DNA of 63,635 nucleotides, counting the filler, from Octopus bimaculoides (taxonomy: Eukaryota), in the NCBI RefSeq assembly GCF_001194135.2. It is 7 parts of 7 records of this genome, joined end to end, with 100 filler letters (N's around TTAATTAATTAA, not from the genome) between each part and the next. Parts side by side here need not be neighbours in the genome. Positions count along the whole stretch, not along the records: positions 49,992 to 58,106 come from NC_068985.1; positions 58,207 to 61,937 come from NW_026341696.1; positions 62,038 to 63,635 come from NC_068991.1; 4 more parts are not named here. One strand, given 5' to 3'. The position numbers and the translations under genes were made by a program. The number at the start of each line of letters is the position of its first letter. Within the stretch, counting starts at the first letter, position 1. This document shows positions 52,422-63,635 of this stretch, piece after piece. The notes beneath the pieces are model-generated. The model was not told where the DNA came from. It saw only the letters and a list, made by a program, of their open reading frames with translations, and searched no databases.

Positions 52422-52750
52422 ATTGGAGCACTCCGTCGGTTACGACGTCGAGGGTTCCAATTGATCCGATCAACGGAAGTCTGCTTGTGAAATTAACATG
52501 CAAGGGACTGAGCACTCCACAGACACGTGCACTCCCAACGTAGTTCTCAGGGAGACTCAGCGTGACACATAGCGTAACAAGGCCGGCCCTTTTGAAATAC
52601 AGGTACTACTCATTTTTTGCCAGCTGAGTGGACTGGAGCAACGTGAAATAAAGTGTCTTGCTCAAGGACACAACGCATCGCCGGGAATCGAACTCACGAC
52701 CTTACGATCGTGAGACGAATGCCCTAACCACTAAGCCACGCGCCTTCACA
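52422..52750 (-). mobile_element. SINE of the same shared-tail family as 35538-35842
   Basis: Reverse-complement colinear with 35538-35842. Confidence 0.75.
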
Positions 52751-52757
52751 TGTGTAT

Positions 52758-52808
<51 letters not shown>

Positions 52809-53095
52809 CAGACAGACAGACAGACAGACAGACAGATAGACAGACAGACGGCGAGCTGGCAGAAACGTTTGCACGCCGGGCGAAATGCTTAGCGGTATTT
52901 CGTCTGTCGTTACGTTCTGAGTTCAAATTCCGCCGAGATCGACTTTGTCTTTCATCCTTTCGGGGTCGATAAATTAAGTACCAGTTACACACTGGAGTCG
53001 ATGTGTAATCGACTTAATCCGTTTGTCTGTCCTTGTTCGTCCCCTCTATGTTTAGCCCCTTGTGGGCAATAAAGAAATAATACAGACAGACAGAC

Positions 53096-53141
<46 letters not shown>

Positions 53142-53367
53142 GTATGTAGGTAGGTGGATAGATAGACATGGCTGTGTGGTAGGAAGCATGATGGTGGACC
53201 GCAATGGGAAATGATCACACAAAAGGCAAACAGAGATTACATACTCTGCAACTTTGCATGGGCCAGCGACGGTGAAATTGGTCTTGCCAAGTTAAGAAAG
53301 TATTGTGTACCCACATACGCCCACACACGTACTCTCACATATACATGCACATGTTTATGTGTGTACA

Positions 53368-53427
<60 letters not shown>

Positions 53428-53437
53428 TTACTGTTTT

Positions 53438-53810
53438 ACTTGTTTCAGTCATTTGACTGCGGCCATGCTGGAGCACTGCCTTTAGTCAAGCAAATCGACC
53501 CCAGGACTTATTCTTTGTAAGCCTAGTACTTATTCTATCGGTCCCCGCTAAGTTACGAGGACGTAAACACACCAGCATCGGTTGTGAAGCGATGTTTGGG
53601 TGACAAACATATACACACACATATATATACCTATACATATATACGACGGGCTTCTTTCAGTTTCCGTCTACCAAATCCACTCATCACAAGGCTTTAGTCG
53701 GCCCGAGGCTATAGTAGAAGACACTTGCCCAAGGTGCCACGCAGTGGGACTGAACCTGGAACCATGTGGCTGGTAAGCAAGCTACTTACCACACAGCCAC
53801 TCCTGCGCCT
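53438..53810 (-). mobile_element. SINE-B, near full length
   Basis: Reverse complement of the SINE-B consensus seen at 17121-17800. Confidence 0.85.
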
Positions 53811-54620
53811 ATACATACATATATATANNNNNNNNNNNNNNNNNNNNNNNNNNNNNNNNNNNNNNNNNNNNNNNNNNNNNNNNNNNNNNNNNNNNNNNNN
53901 NNNNNNNNNNNNNNNNNNNNNNNNNNNNNNNNNNNNNNNNNNNNNNNNNNNNNNNNNNNNNNNNNNNNNNNNNNNNNNNNNNNNNNNNNNNNNNNNNNNN
54001 NNNNNNNNNNNNNNNNNNNNNNNNNNNNNNNNNNNNNNNNNNNNNNNNNNNNNNNNNNNNNNNNNNNNNNNNNNNNNNNNNNNNNNNNNNNNNNNNNNNN
54101 NNNNNNNNNNNNNNNNNNNNNNNNNNNNNNNNNNNNNNNNNNNNNNNNNNNNNNNNNNNNNNNNNNNNNNNNNNNNNNNNNNNNNNNNNNNNNNNNNNNN
54201 NNNNNNNNNNNNNNNNNNNNNNNNNNNNNNNNNNNNNNNNNNNNNNNNNNNNNNNNNNNNNNNNNNNNNNNNNNNNNNNNNNNNNNNNNNNNNNNNNNNN
54301 NNNNNNNNNNNNNNNNNNNNNNNNNNNNNNNNNNNNNNNNNNNNNNNNNNNNNNNNNNNNNNNNNNNNNNNNNNNNNNNNNNNNNNNNNNNNNNNNNNNN
54401 NAGGTAGAAAAATTATTATGCCGAAAAACTGAAAGTAAAATGCCAAAGAAATGAAAGCAAAAAAATTTAAAAATCAGGTCTGACGGAAATAGATTATAAA
54501 ATAAATGAAAGTAAAACCTAATATATTTCTAAAAGAAAAACCCCAAAATGACCTCACCCGGCACACACCAAATATTAAAATAAATATCTTTATGTAAGGT
54601 GAGCACTAATAATAGATATA

Positions 54621-54838
54621 CAGTAATACCTCACCATATCGAGGTTCACCTATCGCGGTTTATTATTTAAGCTTAAGTCGATTCCTCCGCGGTGTTGTTT
54701 TGCATTTATAATAAAATAAATATATACAACTTATAAAAATAATAATAATAAAGAATATAGTACAAGACTATTTCTACTTCGTGGATTTTCATCTATCGTG
54801 GTGGTGTTTTGGAACGTAACATCCGCGATAGTCGGGAG
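54621..54838. mobile_element. pogo/Tigger-like MITE, right TIR truncated by the CR1 fragment
   Basis: TA|CAGTAATACCTCACCATATCG start; colinear with 15614-15851. Confidence 0.75.
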
Positions 54839-55258
54839 ATATGCAATGATATACATATGGAAGATCCTAGAGGGGTTGGCACCGAACTTTGGTATCGAGA
54901 GCTATACCAACCCCCGAAATGGATGTGACTGCATTGTTCCAAAGGTGCCACGTACTCCGTCTAGAATGAGAATCATGTACTGTAATATCTTGAGGTTCAA
55001 AGGCTCATAACTATATACTATCTGGCCAAAACATCTGGGAGATCTGCATAGAGAAGGAGTGGATGATTTCAAGAAACAACTTGACCTCCTACTGTCCAAG
55101 GTCCCACATGCCTCTACATCACGAGAAAATAACTCAAAAAGGCCAGCAATATTGCACTCCTTCTTTCATCAAAAGCCAATCACAGAAGAATGGCCATTGA
55201 AAGGTGATAATACTGGCGATGCCCAAGCATGGCCACAGCCTTTGGGCTGAAACGCATA
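54835..55258 (+). mobile_element. 3' fragment of a CR1/L2-group LINE
   Basis: RYAMIYIWKILEGLAPN ... LRFKGS*LYTIWPKHL ... FKKQLDLLLSKVP resembles the C-terminal RT tail of CR1-group ORF2. Confidence 0.75.
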
Positions 55259-55266
55259 ATAGAAGG

Positions 55267-55330
<64 letters not shown>

Positions 55331-55639
55331 AGTGTATGTGCGCGTGTAATATATATATNNNNNNNNNNNNNNNNNNNNNNNNNNNNNNNNNNNNNNNNNN
55401 NNNNNNNNNNNNNNNNNNNNNNNNNNNNNNNNNNNNNNNNNNNNNNNNNNNNNNNNNNNNNNNNNNNNNNNNNNNNNNNNNNNNNNNNNNNNNNNNNNNN
55501 NNNNNNNNNNNNNNNNNNNNNNNNNNNNNATATATACGTACATATACATACATATATTTACATATATAATACATACATACATACATACATACATATGAAT
55601 ACATAAAAACAAAGCTTAATACATATATGCACATATATA

Positions 55640-56115
55640 CAGGGGTTGGACAAAATAGTGGAAACACCTTAAAATTTCAAACAAATTCATTTTAATATGG
55701 GGTAGCACCGCCTTTGGCAGTAATTATAGCTTTAAATCTACGAGTTATGGACTCGTACAAAGTTTGAATTGTTTCCAAAGAAATTTTTGTCCATTCTTCA
55801 GCTAAAACGGTCTGCAGTTCTTGTAGTGATGATGGCGGAGGATATCGACTCTTTACTTGTTTTTCTAAAATGCACCATAAATACTCAATAATACTTAGAT
55901 CTGGGGACTAGAATGTTCCTCGTGCCATTCAGTAACAACTGTAGCAGTGTGAATTGGTGTATTATCATCCTGAGAGATTGCGTTTCCCTCCAGAAACAGT
56001 TCTGCAACCATAGGATGAATTTGATTAGATAAAATGCTTAAATAGTCTTCACTATTAATTCTGCATTGAAGGGAAACCATTGGGCCGGTGGATTTCCAAG
56101 ATATAGCCCCCACCC
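55640..56115 (-). mobile_element. Tc1-family DNA transposon remnant (3' part and TIR)
   Basis: TA|CAGGGGTTGGACAAAATAGTGGAAACAC TIR. Minus translation GAISWKSTGPMVSLQCRINSEDYLSILSNQIHPMVAELFLEGNAISQDDNTPIHTA ... GGATPY* is Tc1 transposase C-terminus. Confidence 0.9.
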
Positions 56116-56302
56116 AAATACATCTATATTATGTATGAGACATAATAGCTATATATTATTTGAAACATGTAAAGCGGCAGGCTGGCACGTTGTTAGCACG
56201 TTGGACAAAATGCTTAACAGCATTTCTTCCGGCATTATGATCTGATTTCAAATACCTTCCATCCTCTCGGAGTTAATAAAATAAATACCAGTAGGCGGAC
56301 AA

Positions 56303-56365
56303 TTCGTCGACAGATAATTGGCCGACAGACAATTGGCCGACAGACAATTGACCGACAGACAGGAC
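56303..56365. repeat. 15-bp tandem motif (CAATTGGCCGACAGA) about x4
   Basis: Directly visible; resembles subterminal repeats of DNA transposons. Confidence 0.7.
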
Positions 56366-56961
56366 AGTTGTGTCGTATGGTGCAGAGTCCTGGTGTCAGT
56401 CATAAGGTGTTCCAGCAATCACCCTCTTGACTCCGGGCAGCACAACCTCCTCTTGGCACTTGAAAGTATAAAGTATAGAAAGTATAAAGAACGTTCCAAA
56501 GAGGTCAAGTGTGTATATGAAAGATACGGCAAATAGGAATTATTATATTTTTACACACGCTTGAAATGTTCGTGAGAATCTTCCACCCACCTGAACTGTT
56601 CGTAATCACTTTTAAATAAAATTAATTTCCTATCCCTTTCCTTCCTCAATCTAGGTCAAAAATTCCCGCCCAACAGAAAATACCCAAAGGAATGTACATT
56701 TTAGAATTTCAAGTGTTTCGAAGTTTTCGTATGTAGGGGTTTCCAGAGTTTAAACGCACTTCCGGAGCATTCAGAATACTATTTTGGTATTTTTTTTCTC
56801 AATCTCTTCAACCACTCATACTGTTTTTATTATTTTTTTTTTTTTATACAAGGAAACAAAATATGGTGTGGTTTCCGTGAGAATGTACATACTATCTGGG
56901 ATGTTTCTTCTTTTGAGTATTTATTGTATCGTAAGAAATGAGACTTGCATTGATGATTCTC

Positions 56962-57031
<70 letters not shown>

Positions 57032-57080
57032 GTGAGTGAGTGACAGAGAGACAGAAAGAGAAGTGGAGGAGAAAAGAGGA

Positions 57081-57118
57081 AACTATCCACCACGCTCTAT
57101 AGAGCGTGGTGGATAGTT
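57081..57118. repeat. Perfect 38-bp palindrome with no spacer
   Basis: AACTATCCACCACGCTCTATAGAGCGTGGTGGATAGTT equals its own reverse complement. Confidence 0.95.
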
Positions 57119-57632
57119 AAGACAAATACCAGGTTGAGCCAAAAGTTTTTACAGATTTTCACTGTTGAATTTTGGCAAGTTTATCTCCATCATTAATTTG
57201 ATATGTCATTGAGCTTGTTAACTATAACGTGTATGATATTCGTTTTATGTAACGTGACGAAGCTTTTACCTTGTACAGTAAATGTACGAACCCGAACGAG
57301 ACAGCCTGTAATCGCCGAATCACCACGAAAGAAATAGCAGTCAAATCTTCCTGAAATCATATGATGCTATCTTAAATACAGAAAGAAAAAAGAAGAAAAA
57401 TTGCATTGAAAAAAATAAATGAAAATACAGAAGGGTCACGGCTGAAAATCTACATTGGTTAATTGATTACAAATTTTCTCAATCTCTGATTGTAATTTAC
57501 ACTAATTTGATAGTGAATATATGTATACATGTATGTAAAAATACACACACACGCACACACACGCACACACACACACACATACACGCATATACATATATAC
57601 ATATATAGATATTATGTATACATCCATATGTA

Positions 57633-58106
57633 CAGATCTTGGACAAAATAATGGGAACACCTAGCATCATAGCATCATAATTTTGATTTATTGTTTTTTG
57701 ATTTATTAGTGTTGCTTAATGTTTTGCTACGATTGCTGTTTCTTTTCAGATATCATCACAAAAAGGTAATTAAAATTCATTACAATGGATGGGGGCTATA
57801 TCTTGGAAATCCGCCGGCCCAGTGGTTTCCCTTCATGGCAGAATTAACAGCCAAGACTATTTAAGTATTTTATCCGGAGGGAAACGCAATCTTTCGGGAT
57901 GATAATACACCAATTCACACAGCTAAAGTTGTTACTGAATGGCACGAGGAACATTCTAGTGGAGTTGAACATCATATCTGACCACCACAGTCCCCAGATC
58001 TCAATATTATTGAATATTTATGGTGCATTTTAGAAAAACAAGTAAGGAGTTGATATCCTCCACCACCATCACTACAATAACTGGAGACTGTTTTAGCTGA
58101 AGAATG
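57633..58106 (+). mobile_element. Tc1-family remnant, same family, internally deleted, running into a gap
   Basis: TA|CAGATCTTGGACAAAATAATGGGAACAC TIR. Translation GAISWKSAGPVVSLHGRINSQDYLSILS ... DDNTPIHTAKVVTEWHEEHSS ... PPQSPDLNIIEYLW (second D and E of the DDE triad region). Confidence 0.9.
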
Positions 58107-59384
58107 NNNNNNNNNNNNNNNNNNNNNNNNNNNNNNNNNNNNNNNNNNNNTTAATTAATTAANNNNNNNNNNNNNNNNNNNNNNNNNNNNNNNNNNNNNN
58201 NNNNNNCAACATCGCTTGACAACCAATGCTGGTATGTTTAGGTCCCCGTAACTTAGTGGTTTGATAGAATAAGTACTAGGCTTACAAAGAATAAGTCCTG
58301 GGGGCGACTTGATTCGACTAAAGGCGGTGCTCCAGCATGGTCGCAGTCAAATGACTGAAACAAGTAAAAGAAAGAAAGAAATATGGGACCCAGGTGTTAT
58401 CCCACAGAATTACAAAGATGCCTCCACAATTCATGAATACTAATGAAAAGGCAACAAGTACTGTCTCTCTTTTCCATTGCCAATAGAATACTCACCAGAG
58501 GGATGCCCAATGGGATGATCTTTCACTTGGTGAACACTGTTTATCTTGATTCACAATGTGATTTCTGTGATAGTCAAGGAACAATTGATATGGTATTCAC
58601 TTCACTTTAGGTTCAGGAGAAGGCCAGAGAGCAGAACCAGGATGTATGTATGGTGTTTGTTGATTTAACAAAAGCCTTTGATACAGTAAACTGTGATGTC
58701 CTTTGGCAAGTTCTGCATTAAGTCTGGGTGCCTCAGAGAGATGGTCAGAGTAATAAAATCATTCCACAATGGTATGATGGCCTCTAATGGAAGGCAGTCC
58801 AACTTCTGATACATTCCTTGTAAAAAATGTAACCCAGCAGGGTTGCATAATAGCCCCTGTCTGGTTTGAACTCTTCTTCTCAGCAAAGCTGCAACAGGCA
58901 TTCAGCGATGTCAAAGGAGTGCACATCCAGTTTAGGACAGATGGTAACGTTTTCAATTCACAATGCCTTACAGCCAGAGCCAGAGTCAGGAGACAACTTC
59001 TGAGAGAGATTCTATTTGCAGACAACTGTGCTTTGATGGCATTCTCTGTACAGGGCATCCAAGTACTAGTTAACTGATGCTGCTAAATCTTTTGGTCTAA
59101 CGATGAGCTTGAGAAAGACTGAGGTCTTGCATCAGCCAGTACCTGGATACCCAAAACAGGATCCTATTGTTATGGTAGACAATACACCTCTAAATGCTGT
59201 GCGAAAATTCTGCTACATGGGTAGCATCCTGCCAAATAATGTCCAACTGGACGAAGAGATCACCCAGTAATTGTCTAAAGTAAGCTCAGCTTTCAGTTGA
59301 TTCCAGCATAGACTGTGGAGAAATCATGGCAACTGTCTGACAGCAAAGATACAAATATATGCAGCAAAAGTGTTTACCTCTTTC

Positions 59385-59558
59385 CTATCATCAGCATTTA
59401 ATCTCCATTTTCCATGTTGGCATGGGTTGGATGGTTTGATCGGAGATACACCAGACTCCAACTGTCTGTTTTGGCAAGGTTTCTATGGCTGGATGCCCTT
59501 CTTAACACCAGTCAATTCACAAAGTGTACTGAGGTTTTTTACATAGCACCAGCACAGG
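59385..59558 (-). mobile_element. SINE-D 3' fragment inserted in the RTE LINE
   Basis: Interrupts LINE coding similarity between KIQIYAAKVFTS and LPFM*L*NMDTLQ. Related to the plus-strand fragments at about 29300-29490 and 61365-61465. Confidence 0.6.
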
Positions 59559-59794
59559 TGCTGCCTTTTATGTAGCTGTGAAATATGGACACTCTACAGG
59601 CACCATATCAAATGGCTAGATTCATTCCATCTTCACTGCCTTTGTTCGATTTATAACATGAAGTGATAGGATCAAATTTCCAACACAGAAGTTCTTGCAA
59701 GATACGACATTCTAGGTATTGATAGTTTCCTTATCAAGGTGCAACTGAGGTGGGTTGGCCATGTGGTATGCATGAAAGACACTTGTTTACTTAA

Positions 59795-60000
59795 CCCTTT
59801 TGTTACCATGTGTCTGTTTAGATGCTCTGTGTTTCTTTCAATTAATTTTAAATATAACAAAAATTTAGTAAAATAACTTTGTTATCATTAGGCTTGTGTT
59901 AAGAACATAAATTGTGATTACGGTTTGGTGGAAGATTTTAATTCAGAACTTTTGTACTACAGAGTGAGAGGCAGTTTCAGGCAGGTTGGCATCAAAAGGG
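59795..60000. mobile_element. piggyBac-type MITE with TTAA TSD
   Basis: TTAA|CCCTTTTG ... CAAAAGGG|TTAA. Removing it plus one TTAA restores the LINE frame (ACT TGT TTA CTT AAA GCA CTC TTT TAT). A related internal fragment lies near 11935-12030. Confidence 0.9.
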
Positions 60001-60427
60001 TTAAAGCACTCTTTTATGATCAAATTAGCTCTAGTGCTAGGCACAAATGTTCCATTATAAGGATTCTCCAAAGATCTGCCTGAAAATTTGTACGATAAAT
60101 CTGAAGACACAGGTAGCATTGTGTAGAGCCCAATAGAGAAGTTGGTGTTAGCAAGTCATTTCTGCCTTTGAGGCAGCCAGTATCAACACTCTGAAGGAGC
60201 GAAGAGCCCAGCAAAGAGCCAGGTCTCGTCTACACCCAGATGACAGTGACCTCCACTACAATGTTGGCAACAGGATCTGAAAATCCTGGATGGGTCTGTA
60301 TTCTCATATGAGATGACATGGCAAAACATTTAACTGAGAACACTGACAGCTATGTGCTGCTGAATCTTCATTCATCAGAGTGATGACAGAGTCCAGTGAT
60401 ACATGCTTATGTGTATGTACATCTCTG

Positions 60428-60630
60428 TATATATATTCTTTTCTGCTTCTACTTGTTTCAGTCATTTGACTGTGGCCATGCTGGAGCACTGCCTTTAGTC
60501 GAACTAATCAACCCCAGGACTTATTCTTTGCAAGCCTAGTACTTATTCTATCGGTCTCTTTTGCTGAACCGTTAAGTTACGGGGACATAAACACACCGAC
60601 ATTAGTTGTCAAGTGATGGTGGGGGAACAA
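60428..60630 (-). mobile_element. SINE-B, 3' half
   Basis: Reverse complement of about 60895-61090. Confidence 0.8.
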
Positions 60631-60704
60631 ACACAGACACACAAATATGTTCAGGTGAGTATACTGGCATTGATGTAGCACCATTTGAAATATTGTCCAG
60701 GTAT

Positions 60705-61100
60705 AGGCACAGGAGTGGCTGTGTGGTAAGTAGCTTGCTTACCAACCACATGGTTCTGGGTTCAGTCCCACTGTGTGGCACCTTGGGCAAGTGTCTTCTA
60801 CTATAGCCTCAGGCCGACCAAAGCCTTGTAAGTGGATTTGATAGACGGAAACTGAAAGAAGCTTGTCGTATATATGTACGTGTGTGTATATGTTTATGTG
60901 TCTGTTTATTCCCCCAATTTTGCTTGACAACTGATGCTGGTGTGTTTACATCCCCGTAACTTAGTGGTTCAGCAAAAAGAGACTGATAGAATAAGTACTA
61001 GGCTTACAAAGAGTAAGTCCTGGGATCGATTTGCTCGACTAAAGGCGGTGCTCCAGCATGGCCGCAGTCAAATGACTGAAACAAGTAAAGAGTAAAGAGT
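60705..61100 (+). mobile_element. SINE-B, full length
   Basis: Colinear with 17121-17800. Confidence 0.85.
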
Positions 61101-61787
61101 AAATTCAGCTGATGAAGACTAATAAAATTTACGATGACAAACGTATTTGAAGAGTCCAAAACCTAGGTATTGGATTATCCGATTCTGGGTTGTCCATTTA
61201 TCTAATGTTCTTCCTAGAGGTAAGACAAAATTTTTTTATGTTTGCTGCACTCACACGTCTTTGCCTGTATATACACATGGAAGCTTTTGCTATAGCGTTG
61301 TAAATGTATCGACTGCTATTTCCAGTAAACATTAGAAACCAAACCAAAACAGACACAAGTGGAGCCTGGTGCCAGTCTCCGGCTTCCCAGCTCCTATCAA
61401 GCCATCCAACTCATATTCAGCATGGAAAAACTGATGTTAAATGATGATGAGGATGATGATGATGAACTTCACAGTTTTGCTAGCTGCTGGCTCAAGTTTT
61501 GTTTTCGCTTTTGAATTGCAATCCTTCCATGTCTTCTTGGCCGTACATGTGGCTTAGTAGTTGCTATGTACATGTTATATAAAAGTGTATTTTTGTGATG
61601 AAAACATCGCCAGATGATGCACTTATGTGAGCATAGAGTTAATAGAATTATATTAANNNNNNNNNNNNGTATGTGTATTTAATAACTGCTTGATTCAACT
61701 CCACATCGCCAAGCTGAGTCAAACTTAATTAAATATATGGAACTTCAACCAAATGTGGTGAATGCTACTTTTTTTGCACTTCTTCAT

Positions 61788-61826
<39 letters not shown>

Positions 61827-62037
61827 TATATATATATGCAAACATATATATTATATGCACACATATATATGTATATTATATACACACACACACACATATA
61901 TACATACATGTATGTATGTATGTATATATATATATATNNNNNNNNNNNNNNNNNNNNNNNNNNNNNNNNNNNNNNNNNNNNTTAATTAATTAANNNNNNN
62001 NNNNNNNNNNNNNNNNNNNNNNNNNNNNNNNNNNNNN

Positions 62038-62214
62038 GATGTACAATTTGCAATCTTTCTCCTCTGATGTACAATTTGCAATCTTTCTCCTCTGATGTAC
62101 AATTTGCAATCTTTCTCCTCTGATGTACAATTTGCAATCTTTCTCCTCTGATGTACAATTTGCAATCTTTCTCCTCTGATTTACAATTTGCAATCTTTCT
62201 CCTCTGATGTACAA
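62038..62214. repeat. 28-bp tandem repeat, 6.3 near-perfect copies (left end in gap)
   Basis: GATGTACAATTTGCAATCTTTCTCCTCT repeated at 62038, 62066, 62094, 62122, 62150, 62178 (one G>T) and partly at 62206. Confidence 0.95.
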
Positions 62215-62220
62215 GGATCC

Positions 62221-63231
62221 TTTAAATGGTCATAGATTTAGGGACACCCTAATTGAGAAGTTTAAGGAGAAAGAGGAGGCACGACAGTCTTGTAACATAG
62301 AGAGTAACTGGGAGTTCCTGTGGGACAGCTTGCTGAGTGCCACAGACTAAATCTATGGCTGCTGCAAAGTCTGAACCAGATCTAGGGTGATGTGGTGGAA
62401 CAGTGTTGTAGACAAGGCCATTAGAGCAAAGAAACAATCCTAGAAGGATTGGAAGAATAGTGGTAGCAAAGAACTATATCGTGTAGCTAGGAGGGAGGCT
62501 AGAAGACAGGTATACTTAACCAGGGGAGAAGCAGAAAGGAGGAAGTTTGCTAACGTATTGTAACTTGAGGACCAGAGGCTTGAAGTGTTTTAGATTGCAA
62601 GACAGTGTGTGAGGGAAAATCATGTTGTGGTAGGAGAGAAATGTGTTCGCAGGATGATGGCTCACTTGCAATTAGTAATTCTGCAAAAAAGGAGGCTTGA
62701 AAGTGCCATTATGAAAGGTTGCTAAATGTAGAGAATGCATGGGAGAAGAGAAACCTGCCTAATGTGGACCCACTATCTGATTGACTGTAGCTTAGGGGAT
62801 AAACCAATTATGGATACGAAGACAGGAAAAGCCGAGATTCCATCAAGAATCACTTAGAATATTTAGCAGAGTGGGATATGACCTGGTCACCCATATAGTT
62901 AATCAGGCTGTCCATGAGAGAGTTGTACACGTTGATTGGTGCAGCAGCATTATAGTCACCTGCAACAAAGGCAAGGATAAGAGGTGTGAAAAAGACATGT
63001 ACAGGGATGCTGTCAGTAAGGAAAGAGTTACCAATGAGTATAGCAAGGAATTTAGTGTATAAGTAGGAGTCCACCAGGGATCAGTTCTTAGCTGCCTCAT
63101 GTTTATCATCATCCTCCGGGGGAATCTGAAACTGGTTGCCCTTGGGAGCTCATCTATGCCAATGACCTTGTTCTTATTACTGAGACTAGTTGCCTTTGGG
63201 AGGTCCTCTGTGCCAATGACCTTGTTCTTAT
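62221..63231 (+). mobile_element. Decayed RTE-type LINE fragment of a second lineage, with internal deletion
   Basis: Translates to NWEFLWDSLLSATD ... MWWNSVVDKAIRAKK ... YERLLNVENAW, then VGVHQGSVLSCLMFIIIL and TGCPWELIYANDLVLITE (YADD motif mutated). Multiple stops. Confidence 0.85.
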
Positions 63232-63254
63232 ACAATATATATTTATGAAAAAAA

Positions 63255-63600
63255 CAACAGACGAGGACAGGTGGTGTAAACAACAAAAGGATGTATTAGT
63301 TTAACGCTCGGGAATAGAGAAAGTCTTCAACGTTTTGAGCTACGCTCTTTAACAGAAAGAATAAGGAGTAAACAAGGAGAAAAACACGGAGAAAAAAAAT
63401 TGAATGTTGTGGTCAGCGATCTATCATGGCGACTGCCGGACAGAAAGTTCGCACAGGAGAGCTAAGAAAAAGGGGAGATAACAAAAGGGGAAAGAAGCAG
63501 TGATCCAAATACGAGAAGCTGTGTGTGTGTGTGTGTGTGTGAGAGAATGCTGGTGATCTTAACATATGTATGTGTGTATGTAGGTGTGAAAAAATGGGGA
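63255..63600 (-). mobile_element. Penelope-like terminal fragment
   Basis: Shares about 100 bp with 28225-28331 (GGTGTA-AACAACAA ... TATTAG-TTAACGCTCGGG ... GAAAGTCTT ... ACGTTT-GAGC). Confidence 0.4.
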
Positions 63601-63635
63601 AGGGAGAAATGAGTTGGTCAGTTGTAGTGTGTGCT

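Larger units (their letters stand above)
58381..60400 (+). mobile_element. 5'-truncated, decayed RTE (BovB-like) LINE, interrupted by a SINE fragment and a TTAA MITE
   Basis: Conceptual translation gives RT motifs VFVDLTKAFDTVN (about 58653), QQGCIIAPVWFELFF and EILFADNCAL, then downstream QLRWVGHVVCM, LLKALFYDQI and a terminal C-rich GLYSHMR. Many stops and frameshifts. Confidence 0.9.

Overview
This is eukaryotic, repeat-saturated, gene-poor draft-assembly DNA, most likely octopus. That assignment is inferred from the SINE/MITE/LINE repertoire as I remember it and from the very dense (CA)n/(TA)n/(GATA)n/(CAT)n microsatellites. About a sixth of the window is N gaps, and nearly all ORFs in the supplied track are gap, microsatellite or SINE artefacts. 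No prokaryotic-type system (CRISPR, operon) is present. The only protein-coding signal I can support is one first exon of a probable universal stress protein (USP/UspA-like) gene on the minus strand (22174-22261); I could not locate its downstream exons. The rest is mobile DNA: four SINE families (labels A-D are mine), TTAA-, TA- and 8-bp-TSD MITEs, two Tc1 remnants, two RTE-type and one CR1-type LINE remnants, and Penelope-like ends. There is also a Gypsy-like LTR family present as a solo LTR (43796-44157) and a short, apparently non-autonomous two-LTR element (45368-47885). The two most interesting signals are as follows. (1) That LTR element carries an over-long (about 33 nt) tRNA-Trp primer-binding site, repeated as three tandem PBS-plus-LTR-end units next to a 50-nt LTR-terminal hairpin. 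(2) A tandemly duplicated non-coding block at 4860-5540 has conserved islands that map onto a hairpin-hinge-hairpin fold, suggesting an unannotated H/ACA snoRNA-like or pre-miRNA-like RNA.
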